This document shows positions 28,296 through 42,330 of a DNA stretch of 64,000 nucleotides, one piece after another. The translations under genes and the position numbers were made by a program. Source of the DNA: Eledone cirrhosa (Eukaryota). Numbering within the stretch: position 1 is the stretch's first letter; every line of letters begins with the position of its first letter. Under the pieces are notes generated by a model. The model saw nothing but the letters and a program-made list of their open reading frames with translations, searched no databases and was not told where the DNA came from. The stretch is from NCBI GenBank assembly GCA_964016885.1, contig OZ024749.1, positions 22,630,001 through 22,694,000 of the forward strand, given 5' to 3'.

Positions 28296-30247
28296 ACAAT
28301 AACTTCATACGCAACGAACTACACAAAAAATATAGAAAAACAAATGAAATTACGCTAGCAAATATTAACAACGAGGCATATAAAGTGTTGAAGAATCTCA
28401 AAATAGACGATAGAACCGAGCCGATTATACCCGCCACCTTCAACCTGAAGGACCATAAGGTACATTTTGACTCTAACCCTAAGATTAGACTTATATGCCC
28501 TTCTAAATCAGACATAGGGAAAATTAGCAAACATATACTTGACAGAGTAATAACTCAAGTGAAAAAGAAAATTGAAATTAAATTATGGGGCAACACTAGC
28601 GAAGCAATTCGCTGGTTTAATAATGTTAAGAATAAGAATAAATCTAAGTTTATACAATTTGACATAGACGAATACTACTCTTCCATCTCACCAACCACTT
28701 TACGTAAGGCCCTATCGTTTGCTAAGGCCAATTCCGACCTAACGGAGGACGAAATTAATATTATTCTCGAGGCTAGAAAAACCATTATTAAGTTCGATAA
28801 CTGCTACTGGGAACGTAAGGACAGACCCACAAATTTCGACATTACCATGGGTTCCAACGACTCGGCGGAGGTCACGGATCTCGTGGGAATATACATAGCC
28901 CACATATTACATAGTAAATTTAGTAATCTACAGGGGGGGGGGGGGGGGATATACAGAGATGACGGGCTCTTATTAGTTAATAACTTGAATAACCAAAATC
29001 TTGAAAGGCTACGGAAAGATATTAGAAAATCTTTTAGTGAACTGTGTCTAAAAATAACATACGAATACAATCTTAAAGTAGTAAACTTTCTGGACGTAAC
29101 TCTTAATTTAAATACCGGACAGATACGACCCTTCCACAAGGTGAATGAGAACCTTACGTATATTAACTTTAACTCTAACCACCCACTCTCCATGATCAAA
29201 TCAGTTCCCCGGAGTATTTCTCTTAGAATCTCTCGCCTATCGTCTAACTCTGATATTTTTAGTGAACACGCTGAATACTACAATAATGCATTAAGGAATG
29301 CTGACCACCGGGACACAATAGAATACATTGATAGGGATTTCCATAACACACGTAGCTCTACACGAAATCAAGGAATACGTAACCGGGGAACTAAAATACA
29401 AGCACACACACACACACAGTACTACCAGACATACTAATAATAGAAAATCACCACCAAATAAATCACGTTGTAGAAAGTATATCTGGTACAATCCTATTTT
29501 TAATGCCTCGATTAGTACAAAACTATCTCTTTCATTCTTTAAGTTAATCAACAAACACTTCCCTAGTTCCCATAAATACAGCAAAATTCTGAACTCTAAA
29601 ACTATTAGACTATCATACTCCACGGCACCAAACCTTGAAGCATACATAAAAAACTTAACTTAAGGCAATTAAACAACTCTACAAAACAAAACATTTTAGT
29701 AACAGATGGGCAGAACACAATATCTGCCTCCCAACCACTAAATGGGAGACGGGTATTACACAACCCACCTGTACCGCTATCACAACCTATCCATGGTATA
29801 CCCGCTACCCACAACAAGGAATGTAACTGCCATCTACCTGAAAGATGTCCATTGAAGAATGAATTCCTAAAGTCCAACATTGTTTACCAATGCACGGTTG
29901 AATCGAACGACCAGAAATGGTATTATATCGGATCTACCACCACCTCGTTTAAATCTCGCTGGTACCGTCATCGATTCTCAATCAAACATCCTAATCACCG
30001 TTTTGTGACCACGCTCGCCAACAAGACCTGGCAACTCCGTGAACACAACCAACAGTTCACCTTAAAATGGGATATACTTTCCAGCGCAAGTGCATATCGG
30101 AGTGGATTGAAGTACTGCAGGTTATGTAACCTTGAGCTCTTTTACATATTAAAATCCCAAAACAAACTACTTAACGATAGAATTGAACGATCATTATACT
30201 GCAACCACAAACTAAAAGCTAAATTCTCTCACTATAAAATAACTTAA
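28296..30247 (+). pseudogene. PLE RT + GIY-YIG, frameshifted (ORFs 28385-29437, 29328-29663, 29852-30247)
   Basis: Motifs as above. Frameshifts near the (CA)n at ~29403-29418 and at ~29660, and a poly-G run just before YRDD. Confidence 0.9.
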
Positions 30248-30734
30248 CATTCGAACCCGTAACTATAACACCGCTTTCTAGCTAACCACCTTCTCTTCCC
30301 CCCACACTACAAGACAATACACTGCTTATCACTATAAATGGTAACACAGTGCAATTCCTAGATTACTTCTACAAACCCAAAGTTCACTCACCACACAAAC
30401 TTCGTCTGTCCCCTCTCTACCTCTCTCTCTACATCCATTACACTCTCTCTCTCTCGCCTTTGGCCTACCCCCCTCTCAACATCTATGAACCTGCCCTCTG
30501 GGGCAATAAATAATTCCGACCTTAACTATCAACGCATCTCTCCAAAAGTAACCAGTATAATAAAACCCCTACCATAACATTTTGATTAAGATATCTACAA
30601 ACCACTCTCTCCTACTTCTCCAACCCCTGCATATCTTTCTCTCTATCTCCCTCTCCCCTACTTTTCTCTCTTCCTTTTCTACTCTATCTTCCCCAACAAC
30701 CCCACTTAAGGGTATTTACATTGTACATTTTACC

Positions 30735-30858
30735 ATTCTGCTCTGAGGAAACAGTGGTCACAGCATTGGATATTTGAGTTCTGCAAGTACTTGTGAATTT
30801 GCACATAGCATAACTAGGCTGTAGTACCACCGTGGAAAAACTTGTAAGCACACAGAAT
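30735..30858 (+). ncRNA. Hammerhead ribozyme with ~85-nt stem II in PLE pLTR
   Basis: tgct-CTGAGGA-aacagtggtcacagc...gctgtagtaccaccgtg-GAAA-aacttg-TA-agca. Stem I extends via attctg/cagaat. Confidence 0.68.
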
Positions 30859-31043
30859 AAATTACCTTTTTATGATGTTTACCTGTTATTATTCATTCTT
30901 TATTATACACTCCGGAATACAGAAGGATCGGGAACTAAGTTTCTTCAACAATTCTTCCATAACTCGTAGAGTAACCTCTTACCGTACGTCAACCATATCC
31001 AGTGTAGTAATTAACCATTACTACATCTTGGATAATCCTATAC

Positions 31044-31100
<57 letters not shown>

Positions 31101-31103
<3 letters not shown>

Positions 31104-31935
31104 ACGATAAATTAACGGAGGCATAGGCCGTCGTTATTCCCTGTAAATAATGTGCTCAAAGGGGAAGAGATCCTGAGCCCTTTAAAATATAATATGTTGA
31201 GAAGGTAACACACCAGAGAGAGATATATAGTGTGCCATCAATAATACAGGGAAAAAAACCACCAGTGTATGGAATCTATAACCTATGAAAGGCAGACTAT
31301 AGACACGATAATTAAAAATATAAATTAAAGCGTAAATAAATACCTTTATAACTATATAACACACGTACACATCCAAAGATATGTTTCACCAAAAAATTTG
31401 TTGAAAGAAATGGTCTAGTCTCGGTTCATCAGCGTGTGTAAGGCCATACATTTCAGACAACACTAAGAGAATTTTACAATTGACTGTCTAGCTACACGTG
31501 GGAGAGAGAAGTCACAGCGTGTTTAAGGGCAGTGAACCAGTGGCCTCTGAGAGACGAACTGCTAGAAGGGGCAGCCCAAAGCCACTCAGAGAAGTGTGCT
31601 CAACCAAACAGAGTTAGGAAAAACTGTTATTAGGAGCGAAATATCACGATAAATTAACGGAGGCATAGGCCGTCGTTATTCCCTGTAAATAATGTGCTCA
31701 AAGGGGAAGAGATTCTGAGCCCTTTAAAATATAATATGTTGAGAAGGTAACACACCAGAGAGAGATATATAGTGTGCCATCAATAATACAGGGAAAAAAC
31801 CATCAGTGTATGGAATCTATAACCTATGAAAGGCAGACTATAGACACGATAATTAAAAATATAAATTAAAGCGTAAATAAATACCTTTATAACTATATAA
31901 CACACGTACAAATCCAAAGATATGTTTCGCCAAAA
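31101..31935 (-). mobile_element. Retrozyme-like ORF-less element, 542-bp monomer x ~1.5
   Basis: atcacgataaattaacggagg at 31101 and 31643, (TA)n flanks, intact hammerhead. Confidence 0.85.
31359..31439 (-). ncRNA. Type I hammerhead ribozyme with full stem III
   Basis: Minus strand: acacacg-CTGATGA-acc...ggt-GAAA-catatc-tttg-gatgtg-TA-cgtgtgt. Confidence 0.88.
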
Positions 31936-31959
31936 TATATATATATGTATGTATGTATG

Positions 31960-31999
<40 letters not shown>

Positions 32000-32685
32000 T
32001 ATATATATATTACTTACATACATACACTCACACATACGCACTCAGACACAACCCCCCCCCCACACACACACACACCCAACACACATATATATATATATAT
32101 ATATATTTATACATATATGCTATAGTTAATATCGATTATTTTTCCAAATGTTTAGTCGTTGATGTGAATGTCATTTGTCACGTCTCCATACACCTGTTCA
32201 GAAATTTCTTTTGTAATTCTCTCACTAAGTAATGAACAGGTGAGTAGGCAATAGAATTACATACGAATATATTTGTTTCCGATATATTTCTATGATCATA
32301 TTGTTCATAATTTTATCGTTAATTAATGGTTTGTTTCGATGCTGTTGTTTTGTTAATCCATGTCTATCTGACATAGTAACGGTAGAATGATGAACCATTG
32401 AGATGAGGTAAGAACGAATTATTGATAATTTTGAGAATTGTAAAGGTGCGGTTGTTCTGATTCATAGTGTTTCTTGGTCACTTTAAATCTGAAGGGTACC
32501 ATCTCTCTTCAGGTTTCAATACCTACTGTCCCTGTTTTGTGTCCTTGATTTGATACATTGGTGCATTGGTCATTTTAAATCTGAAGGATACCATCTCTTT
32601 CTAGGTTTCATTACCCACTGTCCTCGTTCTTTGTGTATTGTACTTTATGTTCCAGCTCTAGTGCTAGTTTGGTATAAATTCTATA

Positions 32686-33362
32686 CGCGTGGAAGTGCCT
32701 TCGGCCGGGTCTATCCGAGATGCGCGCAGGACGACGAAACCGTCCTGCACACACTCGTCCAGTGTCCAAGCATTGTTGACTTGTGGATTTATTTCGGATA
32801 CCTGCTGTCGCGTGTAGGTCAGATCCGGCTATCAGCTGAGTCCATCTTGAAGATTGCACCGCCGCCTTCCTTTAGCCGAGATAGGCAGCCAGTTTTTATC
32901 TGCCTGGTGGCTATGGCGAAAGAGGTCGTGTGAAAAGGTTGAAGACGAGCACTTACCACTTCGGTTAAGCCCTATTAACTTTAACAACTTTCATTTGAAA
33001 AGGAAAATCAGGGTGGAAAGGGAAGTGCTCTCTTCCCAGCAATTTGTTGAAAGATGGGTGAGAGAGGCAAGCATGGCCCGAGTAAATGGGCCTGCTCTGA
33101 GTATGTGCCTGTAAATTGGAGGTGGAAAACTGGGAGAGGGCACTTGCCATGATGGTTAGGGTCAACGTGGCTTTTTTTAATGGGCTTTCTCTATGAGTGT
33201 CCCTTGGAAGTCCCCCCCCCCTTTCGGGAATTTTTCCTTTGTTTCTTTTTTGTTATTGATTTTTCTTTACACGCAGAAATGCCCATTTGTACCCTCTTGT
33301 ACCATCCTGTGATGTCATTAATGTTATACTTTATGTCAACCCTTGTCGTTAATAAAGAAAGC
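32686..33362 (+). mobile_element. L1/Tx1-like LINE 3' end (ORF2 zinc knuckle plus 3' UTR)
   Basis: YPRCAQDDETVLHTLVQCPSIVDLW (degenerate CCHC), and AATAAA at 33351. Confidence 0.75.
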
Positions 33363-33545
33363 ATTATTATTATTATTGGAGTCTCACTCATTGATGTTAT
33401 TTAACTGGAAAGTTTGTTCAAATGAACATCAAGCCGCTAGTTGCAGCCTCAGATATTCAGGGCGCATCGGAGGGTTCTTGCTGTTCCCAGCAAACATATC
33501 TTTTGAAATGTTCCCCAAAAGTCCTTGAAAACTCGTATTTGTTGA

Positions 33546-34610
33546 TGTGAATTGGCAGTATCGGTAGAGGGTTGGACGCCATGCTTTCTAGCATAGTTAC
33601 GTCCCTTTACAGTCTGAGTTCAAATCCCGCCGAGGTTAACTTTGCCTTTCATCCTGATGGGGTCGATAAAATAAAGTACCAGTAATGTACTGGGTAATTT
33701 GCTGGCCTTGGCCTAAAAGTAGAAACAATTATTAAGATAATGATGAAGGCGGTGGATTGGCAGAATCGGTGGAGCATCGGATAAAATGTATTGCATTCTG
33801 GGTTCAAATACATCCGATGGCTGTGAATTGGCAGTATCGGTAGAGCGTCGGATATCCTGCTTTACAGCATAGAGTTATGGCCTTTTACGTTCTGAGTTCA
33901 AATCCCGCCGAGTTTAGCTTTGCCTTTCATCTTTACGGGGCCGATAAAATAAAGTACCAGTAATACAATTATTATTATTATTATAACGTTTTGGCAGTAT
34001 CGGTAGTGCGTTGGTCACCATGCTTCACTGCATAGAGTTACGGCTTTTTACGTTCTAAGTTCAGGTACACCGAGGTTAGCTTTGCCTTTCATCCTTACGG
34101 GGGTCGATAAAATAAAGTACCAGCAACACAATGGGGTCAATTTAATCGACATTCCCCTCCCCGACAATTGCTGGCCTTGTCCCTAAGCCAAATAAAATTA
34201 TACTTATTATTGTAATGTTAATCAGGGCCGTGGATTGACAGTATCGGCAGAGGGTCAGAAACCATGCTTTGCAGCATAGAGTTACGGCCCTTTATGATCT
34301 AAGTTCAAATCCCACCGCGGTTAATTTGCCTTTCATCCTTACGGTGTCGATAAAATAAAGTACCAGTCACGCACTGGGGTCGATTTGATCGACTCTCCCC
34401 TCCCACAAAATTGCTGGCCTTGTGCCTGTATAAGAAACCATGAATTGGCAGTATCGGTAGACTGTTGGACCCCATGCTTTCTAGCATAGTTACGTCCCTT
34501 TACGGTTTGAGTTCAAATCCCGTCGAGGCTAACTTTGCCTTTCATCCAAACTAAAGTACCAGTAATGTACTCGGCAATTGCTGGCCTTGTGCTAAACATA
34601 GAAAGCTTTA
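33546..34610 (+). mobile_element. Cluster of ~6 same-orientation SINE family A copies
   Basis: Repeated ttggcagtatcggtag heads at ~33552, 33757, 33829, 33991, 34234 and 34445. Confidence 0.92.
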
Positions 34611-35267
34611 TTATAACGTTAATCGCAACAGCGATAGACAATGGCGTCCGTATTTTCAGTGAACCAGTAAATCTAGAAGATGGGGAGACGGAAACACTTA
34701 AAGAAGCAACAAATATCTACAGAACTTATGCGGAAACGATCTTCTATTTACATAAATCGTGTCTTCGTACTCTACGGCAGAATATATAATGAAAAGAGTG
34801 CATTAAAATTCTGTATTCCATCGCATATATTAATTTCACTCCAGCCGAGCATAGGCACAGAGTACTGTTCTCGTCAATATGTATGCGTATGACCATACGC
34901 ATACACAGACAGACATACACACACACACAAGCACATATATATATATATTTACACAACTACTTAGACATATATATGTTCACGTGTTTATGCATTTGTGCAT
35001 ATATATATATATTATTTTCTTCTTCCTAATAATCGTGTGTGTGTGTGTGTGTGTGTTTGTGAGTGTATATATAAATATATATATAATACATTCTGTCGAG
35101 AAATGTATAAATGTTCCCAAGTTCGGCTGGCTCCTGTTCTCTCCTGGAAACTCGCAGACTTCTCTCAAGTTATCAGACAGTATTATAATCAAATTTGGTA
35201 GAGCTACTGGCATATTCTAGATTTTATAACTCTGTCTACACATATATATTTATCATAGAATATAAAC

Positions 35268-35635
35268 TGGCCCTCCGTCGGCTACGACGGCGAATGTTCC
35301 AATTTATACTACCAACGGAACAGCCTGCTCGAGAAAATTAATGTGCAATGGGCGCAGCATTCCACTGATATGCGTATCTTTAACGGATTTCTCAGGGAGA
35401 TTCAGCGTAACAATGAATATGACAAAGCTGACATGTGTACCCTTACGTAGTTCTCAGGGAGATTCAGCGTGACAAAACATGTGATAAAGCTGACACGTCT
35501 ATCCTTACATAGTTCTCAGGGTGATTCGGCGTGAAACAGAATGTGACAAGCAAGGCTGGAACTTGTATGTTTACTTAACGCAGTTCTCAGGGAGATTCGG
35601 TGTGACACAGAATGTGACAAGGCAGGACTTTGAAA
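35268..35635 (-). mobile_element. SINE family B 3' part with ~4 tandem ~60-bp repeats (related fragment 36835-37005)
   Basis: gttctcagggagattcagcgtgac...atgtgacaa units, reverse complement of 42620-42750. Confidence 0.7.
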
Positions 35636-36184
35636 TTTTAGAATCTTACGGACATGAAGTAATTTCGGATATATAAAAGACCGATATACACCCTTTATGG
35701 TTCCCAGAAGACTTTCAGCTGCCCAGCTCTCCTGAGAAATTCTTACTACTTCAGGCTGTCGTATTTCATGGGTAAGGATATCAAATCAAATGTAGCTGAG
35801 ACTTAGAATTGTTTTAGGTTTTACCAATACCTTATACACATTGCTATCTATTCGTCAAGTAATTGTTCATTGAAGTAGATTATTTCAAATGGAGAATGTC
35901 CAGAGCGTCTAGTGATGTTGCCTCAAGACAGGTTATTTTGTGTTGTATATATATCTATCTATCAATTTCTCTTTCTTCACCAATCTCTTTCTACGCTCTC
36001 TCACTTGATACATACATACATGTATATATATATATATATATGTGTGTATATATATATGTATATATATGTATATATATATATATATATATTCATGCATACA
36101 TACATATATATACATATATATATATATATATGTATGTGTGTGCGTGCATATATTTGTATATATGCGTATATATATGTATGCATA

Positions 36185-36232
<48 letters not shown>

Positions 36233-36589
36233 ACATACACGTACATCACACACATGTACATATATACTATATATATATATATATATATATGGCCTTGTAG
36301 CTAAATATGAACACTCGATTTTATATTATTCGTTTATGAAACCATATGCTCTTGTGGTGAAACGAATTCTCATTTCGGCAATGCAACAGTTCAATGGAGA
36401 ACTTAATGTCGGATCAGGACTGACAGCTAAGAATTCCAAGCTTCTCTCGTTTATCTGCGAGAATAAAACCAAATAACCAAAATACAATTCCTTGAAAGGA
36501 TATTTGAACCCCCAACAAAATATAAAATTAAAACAAAAAAAGAAAAATCTAAGCAAACAAATAATAAAAATTAACAAAATGGAAGTTCA

Positions 36590-36808
36590 CTGGACAGATT
36601 TTACAGGCTAAGCCAACAGGTAGGAGACCCAGGGGTAAACTCTGAGAAAGATGGTTGGATAACCCGCATGAGCTTGTCTGGTCACGCTTGGCGATCCATC
36701 CGGATAAGTTGGAGGAGGTTGCTTCTGACAGGACCTGCTCGAGGAAGTGTTTAAGGACTCATCCTCCAGAAGTCTCTCAAGAATAATTGAGCGAAGAAAA
36801 GATGAACA
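36590..36808 (+). mobile_element. RTE-clade LINE 3' end
   Basis: QILQAKPTGRRPRGKL*ERWLD...LVWSRLAIHPDKLEEVASDR, matching the RTE C-terminal GxRxRGRP..RW.D motif. Confidence 0.75.
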
Positions 36809-37002
36809 AAAAGGATATTAAAATATTGGTCCTCTGTCGGTAATGACGATGACTGTTCCAGTTGATTCGACGAACGAAACACCCTGCTCATGAAATTAAC
36901 GGACACGGGGCTGATAATTCTACAGACACGTGTACACTTAACGTAATTCTCTGGGATATGAAATGTGACACAGAATACGATAACGCCACCCCTTCGAATT
37001 AC

Positions 37003-37052
<50 letters not shown>

Positions 37053-37219
37053 CTTGACTCTGTTTTCCGTTTATTTTTCACCGAAAGTAGTTTTTGAATG
37101 CATCTTCTCTTTTCATGATATCCGGATTACATTAAGTTCTTCATACGGATTGGACACTACCGTAAGCTTTTGGTAGATTTATCTACATATATATATATAT
37201 ATAATTCTCTCTCTCTCTC

Positions 37220-37715
<496 letters not shown>

Positions 37716-38162
37716 TAATAAGAGGAATTCCAACTTTGTCTGATTTACTCGTTTTATTTACAATCCTTTAAAATATATATAATGGTATTATAATGAAATA
37801 GTATGATAGAATATTAAATTCTAAGTGTTAATTGAACAAGTACTTTCATGCTTTCGCAATCTTCAGGTTCATGATATGTGGTGACAGTCGAGTTTGCAAT
37901 TTTCAACTGTGAAAATTTTCAACAGTTGAAAATTGCAAACTCGACTGTCACCACACATTATGAACCTGAAGATTGCGAAAGCATGAAAGTACTTGTTCAA
38001 TTAACACTTAGAATTTAATATTCTATCATACTATTTCATTATAATACCATTATATATATTTTAAAGGATTGTAAATAAAACGAGTAAATCAGACAAAGTT
38101 GGAATTCCTCTTATTAATATAATCTTCTATACACAATCATACACACCCGTGTATATTTACCT
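37716..38162 (+). mobile_element. Near-perfect 195-bp-arm palindrome (37716-37910 / 37922-38116) plus tail; PLE pLTR fold-back
   Basis: Arms differ at about two positions, and each carries a hammerhead. Confidence 0.9.
37961..37999 (+). ncRNA. Minimal type I hammerhead (mirror copy 37833-37871 minus)
   Basis: tgaac-CTGAAGA-t-tgc-gaaa-gca-t-GAAA-gtac-TT-gttca, with palindromic loop III. Confidence 0.88.
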
Positions 38163-38169
38163 ATCTATA

Positions 38170-38209
<40 letters not shown>

Positions 38210-38289
38210 TACCATATAAGCAAAGCATTTAACGTGAAATATAAGTTTATATATATATATATATATTAATCAATATATATATATATCTG

Positions 38290-38396
<107 letters not shown>

Positions 38397-38443
38397 GTAT
38401 ATGTATATATATCTCTCTATATATATATATATATATATATCTG

Positions 38444-38476
<33 letters not shown>

Positions 38477-38795
38477 GAGTGAAAGCAGCGATTCTTTGCT
38501 TAAACTTTAATCTGTTATTTTAATAAATATATATATATATATATTTATTTATTTATATATACACATATATATACATAGAGACACGGATAATATGGAAAAC
38601 ACAACTTATAATGGCTATTAAATAAAACTTCTAGGAAAGGGAGTTAATAGACTTTGTTTTTCCACCTGAATATATCGGAAGTGAATTGTAGGTCGCGTGT
38701 TTTTGTGTCGACATAACTGGTGATAAAACGTATTGCGTATATGAAAGAAAAATTACAAATTCATATATATATATATATGTGTGTGTGTCTGTGTG

Positions 38796-38826
<31 letters not shown>

Positions 38827-38831
38827 CTGTC

Positions 38832-38866
<35 letters not shown>

Positions 38867-38903
38867 CTGTCTATATATATATATATATCTGAAATATATA
38901 TAT

Positions 38904-38972
<69 letters not shown>

Positions 38973-39478
38973 ACAAATAACATAACATATATGTTCTTAT
39001 TCACAATATTTTGCGTAATCAGTTATTTTTTTACCATCTATCCATCGATGTCTAAAGTGATAAACAAACAAACATAGCAAAACACACACACACACGCACA
39101 CATATATATATTTATACACACACACATATATATGTATATATTTATGTTCGTATATGCACAAATATCCACACATACACACAAACACACGCAAAAATAAAGG
39201 TATATATATATATTTATATACATGTATATATAAGATATATATTTATATGAGTGGGTGAAACCGTGTCTATGTTCGTGTGTGTGTAGATATGTGTATAGAT
39301 ATGTAGAGATATACGAAAAAATATTAAGAAATTAAAAGATTTCTTAATACACTTCTTTGATTTCATTCGAAACTAACGAAAAAAGAAGGACATTCAGTAA
39401 TGAAAATAGAGTGATGTATGTATATATATATATATATATAACCTTTTAACTATATATATATATATATATAACCTTTTA

Positions 39479-39634
<156 letters not shown>

Positions 39635-39672
39635 TTATATACGTATATATATATATATCAATACACACATAC

Positions 39673-39704
<32 letters not shown>

Positions 39705-40246
39705 ATATATACATATACATACATACAATTTATTATTATTACTATATATATATATTATATGTATATATATTTATATATACGCACATACATATGTATATAT
39801 ACACATATTAAACATATGATATAGTGAATTCCATAAATAAATAAACAGATGCATAAATAAATAAATGAATTTATAAGTGAAGGCAAATTTATAAAAAAAA
39901 ATCGAATTTAAAAACAATAAAAAGCAAATTTGAAACAAAACGAAAAATTATAAATAAAATTTGGAATCAATTTGGGAAATAAAAATAGATAACAGAGAGT
40001 GACTGATTCAGATTTATCTAATTTTTTTCGTAATCCATTTTTTTTCTTTTGCGCTAAAATAAATAATTCACTTTCAATAAATTAATTTGTTTTTCAAAAT
40101 AGCTTTTCCTATAAAAAAAATATAATTGCTGAGTTGGTAGTAATATCAATGTTGCAAAACGATAAAGAGTGTGGATGTAACAGATGTAGGAAATAACATA
40201 TCATGAATTATTGAGGTCCGTTTCTCGTTTCCATAAGAGTCTACAG

Positions 40247-40823
40247 CAGTCGTTCCCAATCTTTTGTGCATCATGCCCCTCCTCAACGTCTAAAAAAATT
40301 GCTATCTCCCGCTTTGACATGAAAACAGCAATGATCAGCTGCAAAGTGTAAACAAATTGGTGTATAAGTGATGCCAAATGCACAATAACTATGGAGCAGG
40401 CAAGAGAGGAGTTTCTGACAGTAATGCCTATCAAAGTTGCCTTGGTGCAGGTGGTGCCAAATGCACAATAATTATGGAGGAGATGAGACAGGAGTTTCCG
40501 ACCGTAATATGTACCAAGGTTGCTTTTGTGTAGGTGGTGCCAGATGTACAATAACATATGGAGGAGGTGGGACAGGAGTATCTGATTTCTGACAGTAATA
40601 TGTACCAAATTTGCCTTGGTGTAGGTGGTGCCAGATACACAATAACATATGGAGGAGGTGAGATAGGAGTTTATGACAGTAATGTGTACCACAGTTGCCT
40701 TGTTGCAAAAACAATAAACTAAAACCTGAGTTTTGCTCTCATTAACATCATTTACAAATCTCCCCACTTAAAATATTCAATTTTGACTCCTCTGGGATGT
40801 GCGCCCCACGTTGGGAATCACTA
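40247..40823. mobile_element. hAT (Charlie/Buster-like) MITE with internal ~80-bp tandem repeats
   Basis: TIRs cagtcgttcccaa / ttgggaatcacta. 8-bp TSD gtctacag (40239-40246) / gtctagag (40824-40831). Confidence 0.8.
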
Positions 40824-40947
40824 GTCTAGAGTTTGGATCCACTTTAAGTCAAATTCGTTGTATGCCAGGTTAGGTTGTTTAGCTGAAGATTCGTTATTCT
40901 GTTCTTTTGTCGAAGCCAACTGAAATCTGAGCTTCTCCTGGGTGAAA

Positions 40948-41510
40948 AGATCGCATCAAGATGATATGATGGCTCTAGGTTTTGTAGAATATATGATACT
41001 TGGATACATGTTATGACTTGATCTACCTCGGCCTGGTAACCTGGATAAAGGTGTATGAAGTTATCAAATACAATGTGAACGTTTCAAAGATCACGTCAAG
41101 ATGACATCACGATGTCTTGATCGACCTCGGCCCGGTAACATGGATAGATGTTTATGTATTTAACAACAACATTGTAGAACTTTTAGAAATCATCGCATCA
41201 AGATGATATCATGATATATGACATTTGAACACAAGTTATGGCTTGATCGACCTCGGCCCGGTAACCTAGATAAAGGTGAAAGTAGTTATCAATAAAAAAC
41301 ATGGAAGTTTCAGAGATCCCATCACGATGAGGGTAGTAGAATATATGATACTTGAACACCTGTTATGGCTTGATCCACCTAGGCTCGGTAGCCTGGATAA
41401 AGGTGTATCAATAAAAATATGCAATTTGCGGAGATCGCATCACGATGAGGTTAGTGTAGTATATACCACTTTGATCGACCTCGGACTTGAAACCTGGATA
41501 GATGTTTTAA
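40948..41510. repeat. Diverged tandem repeat, ~5 units of ~100-130 bp
   Basis: Recurrent cttgatcgacctcggcccggtaacctggata and gatcgcatcaagatga motifs. Confidence 0.8.
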
Positions 41511-42009
41511 TTTTAAGACCCAAAATACCCGGTGAATCCAGGGACACAGCATTGATAATGTCTTCTAGGTTTTACATTCGTTATATGGGAAGTTTTTATC
41601 TTTTATGTTTTCATCTGCAGGCAAATTGGCCGGCAGCGAACAAGCAGTTTCCTTAGAACGTCGGATCAAATACCACACCTCGGTATTTATTCTGGCTTTC
41701 AGTACACCCAGCTCAAATCTAGATGATGTCAACTTAACCTTTCATTTTTTTCGAGGTCGATAAACAGTGTATCTGTTCATAGGCGTTGGAATTGTTAATG
41801 AGTCAGACGCATGTTTCGGTGATTTGATCTGGATCTTTGGTTTCTGAGTTCAAAATGGTCTCCTCTCACGGAGTAAGCTGTGATGCCTCTCTCAGGCGTG
41901 CCGATCAACATATAGTAACAACTATGGAAAGACCAATGGAAACATAATTTCTCTGGCCCTATATGACTTCTTTCATATTTTTTTCTTCTATACAAAATTA
42001 AGTTTACTA

Positions 42010-42330
42010 GCCTTTATGGTCTGAGTCCAAATCCCGCCGAGGTTAACTTTGCCTTTCATCCTTACGGGGTCGATAAAATAATGTACCAGTAATGTACTGG
42101 ATAATTGTGGCCTTGTGTCAAAAGTAGAAACAATTATTAAATGGTGAATTGGCAGTATCGGTAGAGGGTCGGACGCCATGCTTTCCAGCATAGTTACGTC
42201 CCTTTACGGTCCGAATTCAAATCCCGTCGAGGTTAACTTTGCCTTTCATCCTTACCGGATCGATAAAATAAAGTACCAGTAATGCACTGGGTAATTGCTG
42301 GCCTTGTGCCAAACGTAGAAACAATTATTA
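42010..42330 (+). mobile_element. Two tandem SINE family A copies
   Basis: Family A consensus occurs twice. Confidence 0.9.

Larger units (their letters stand above)
28296..31046 (+). mobile_element. Penelope-like element (different clade from 864-3884), 5'-truncated, in (TA)n
   Basis: RT motifs FIQFDIDEYYSSI, FDITMGSNDSAEV and IYRDDGL. GIY-YIG IVYQCTV...YYIGSTT with CxLC...CNH tail, then a long 3' UTR/pLTR. Confidence 0.93.

Noticed and set aside
40201-40767. 188-aa repetitive ORF
   Set aside because: It arises from the 80-bp tandem repeat inside a hAT MITE.
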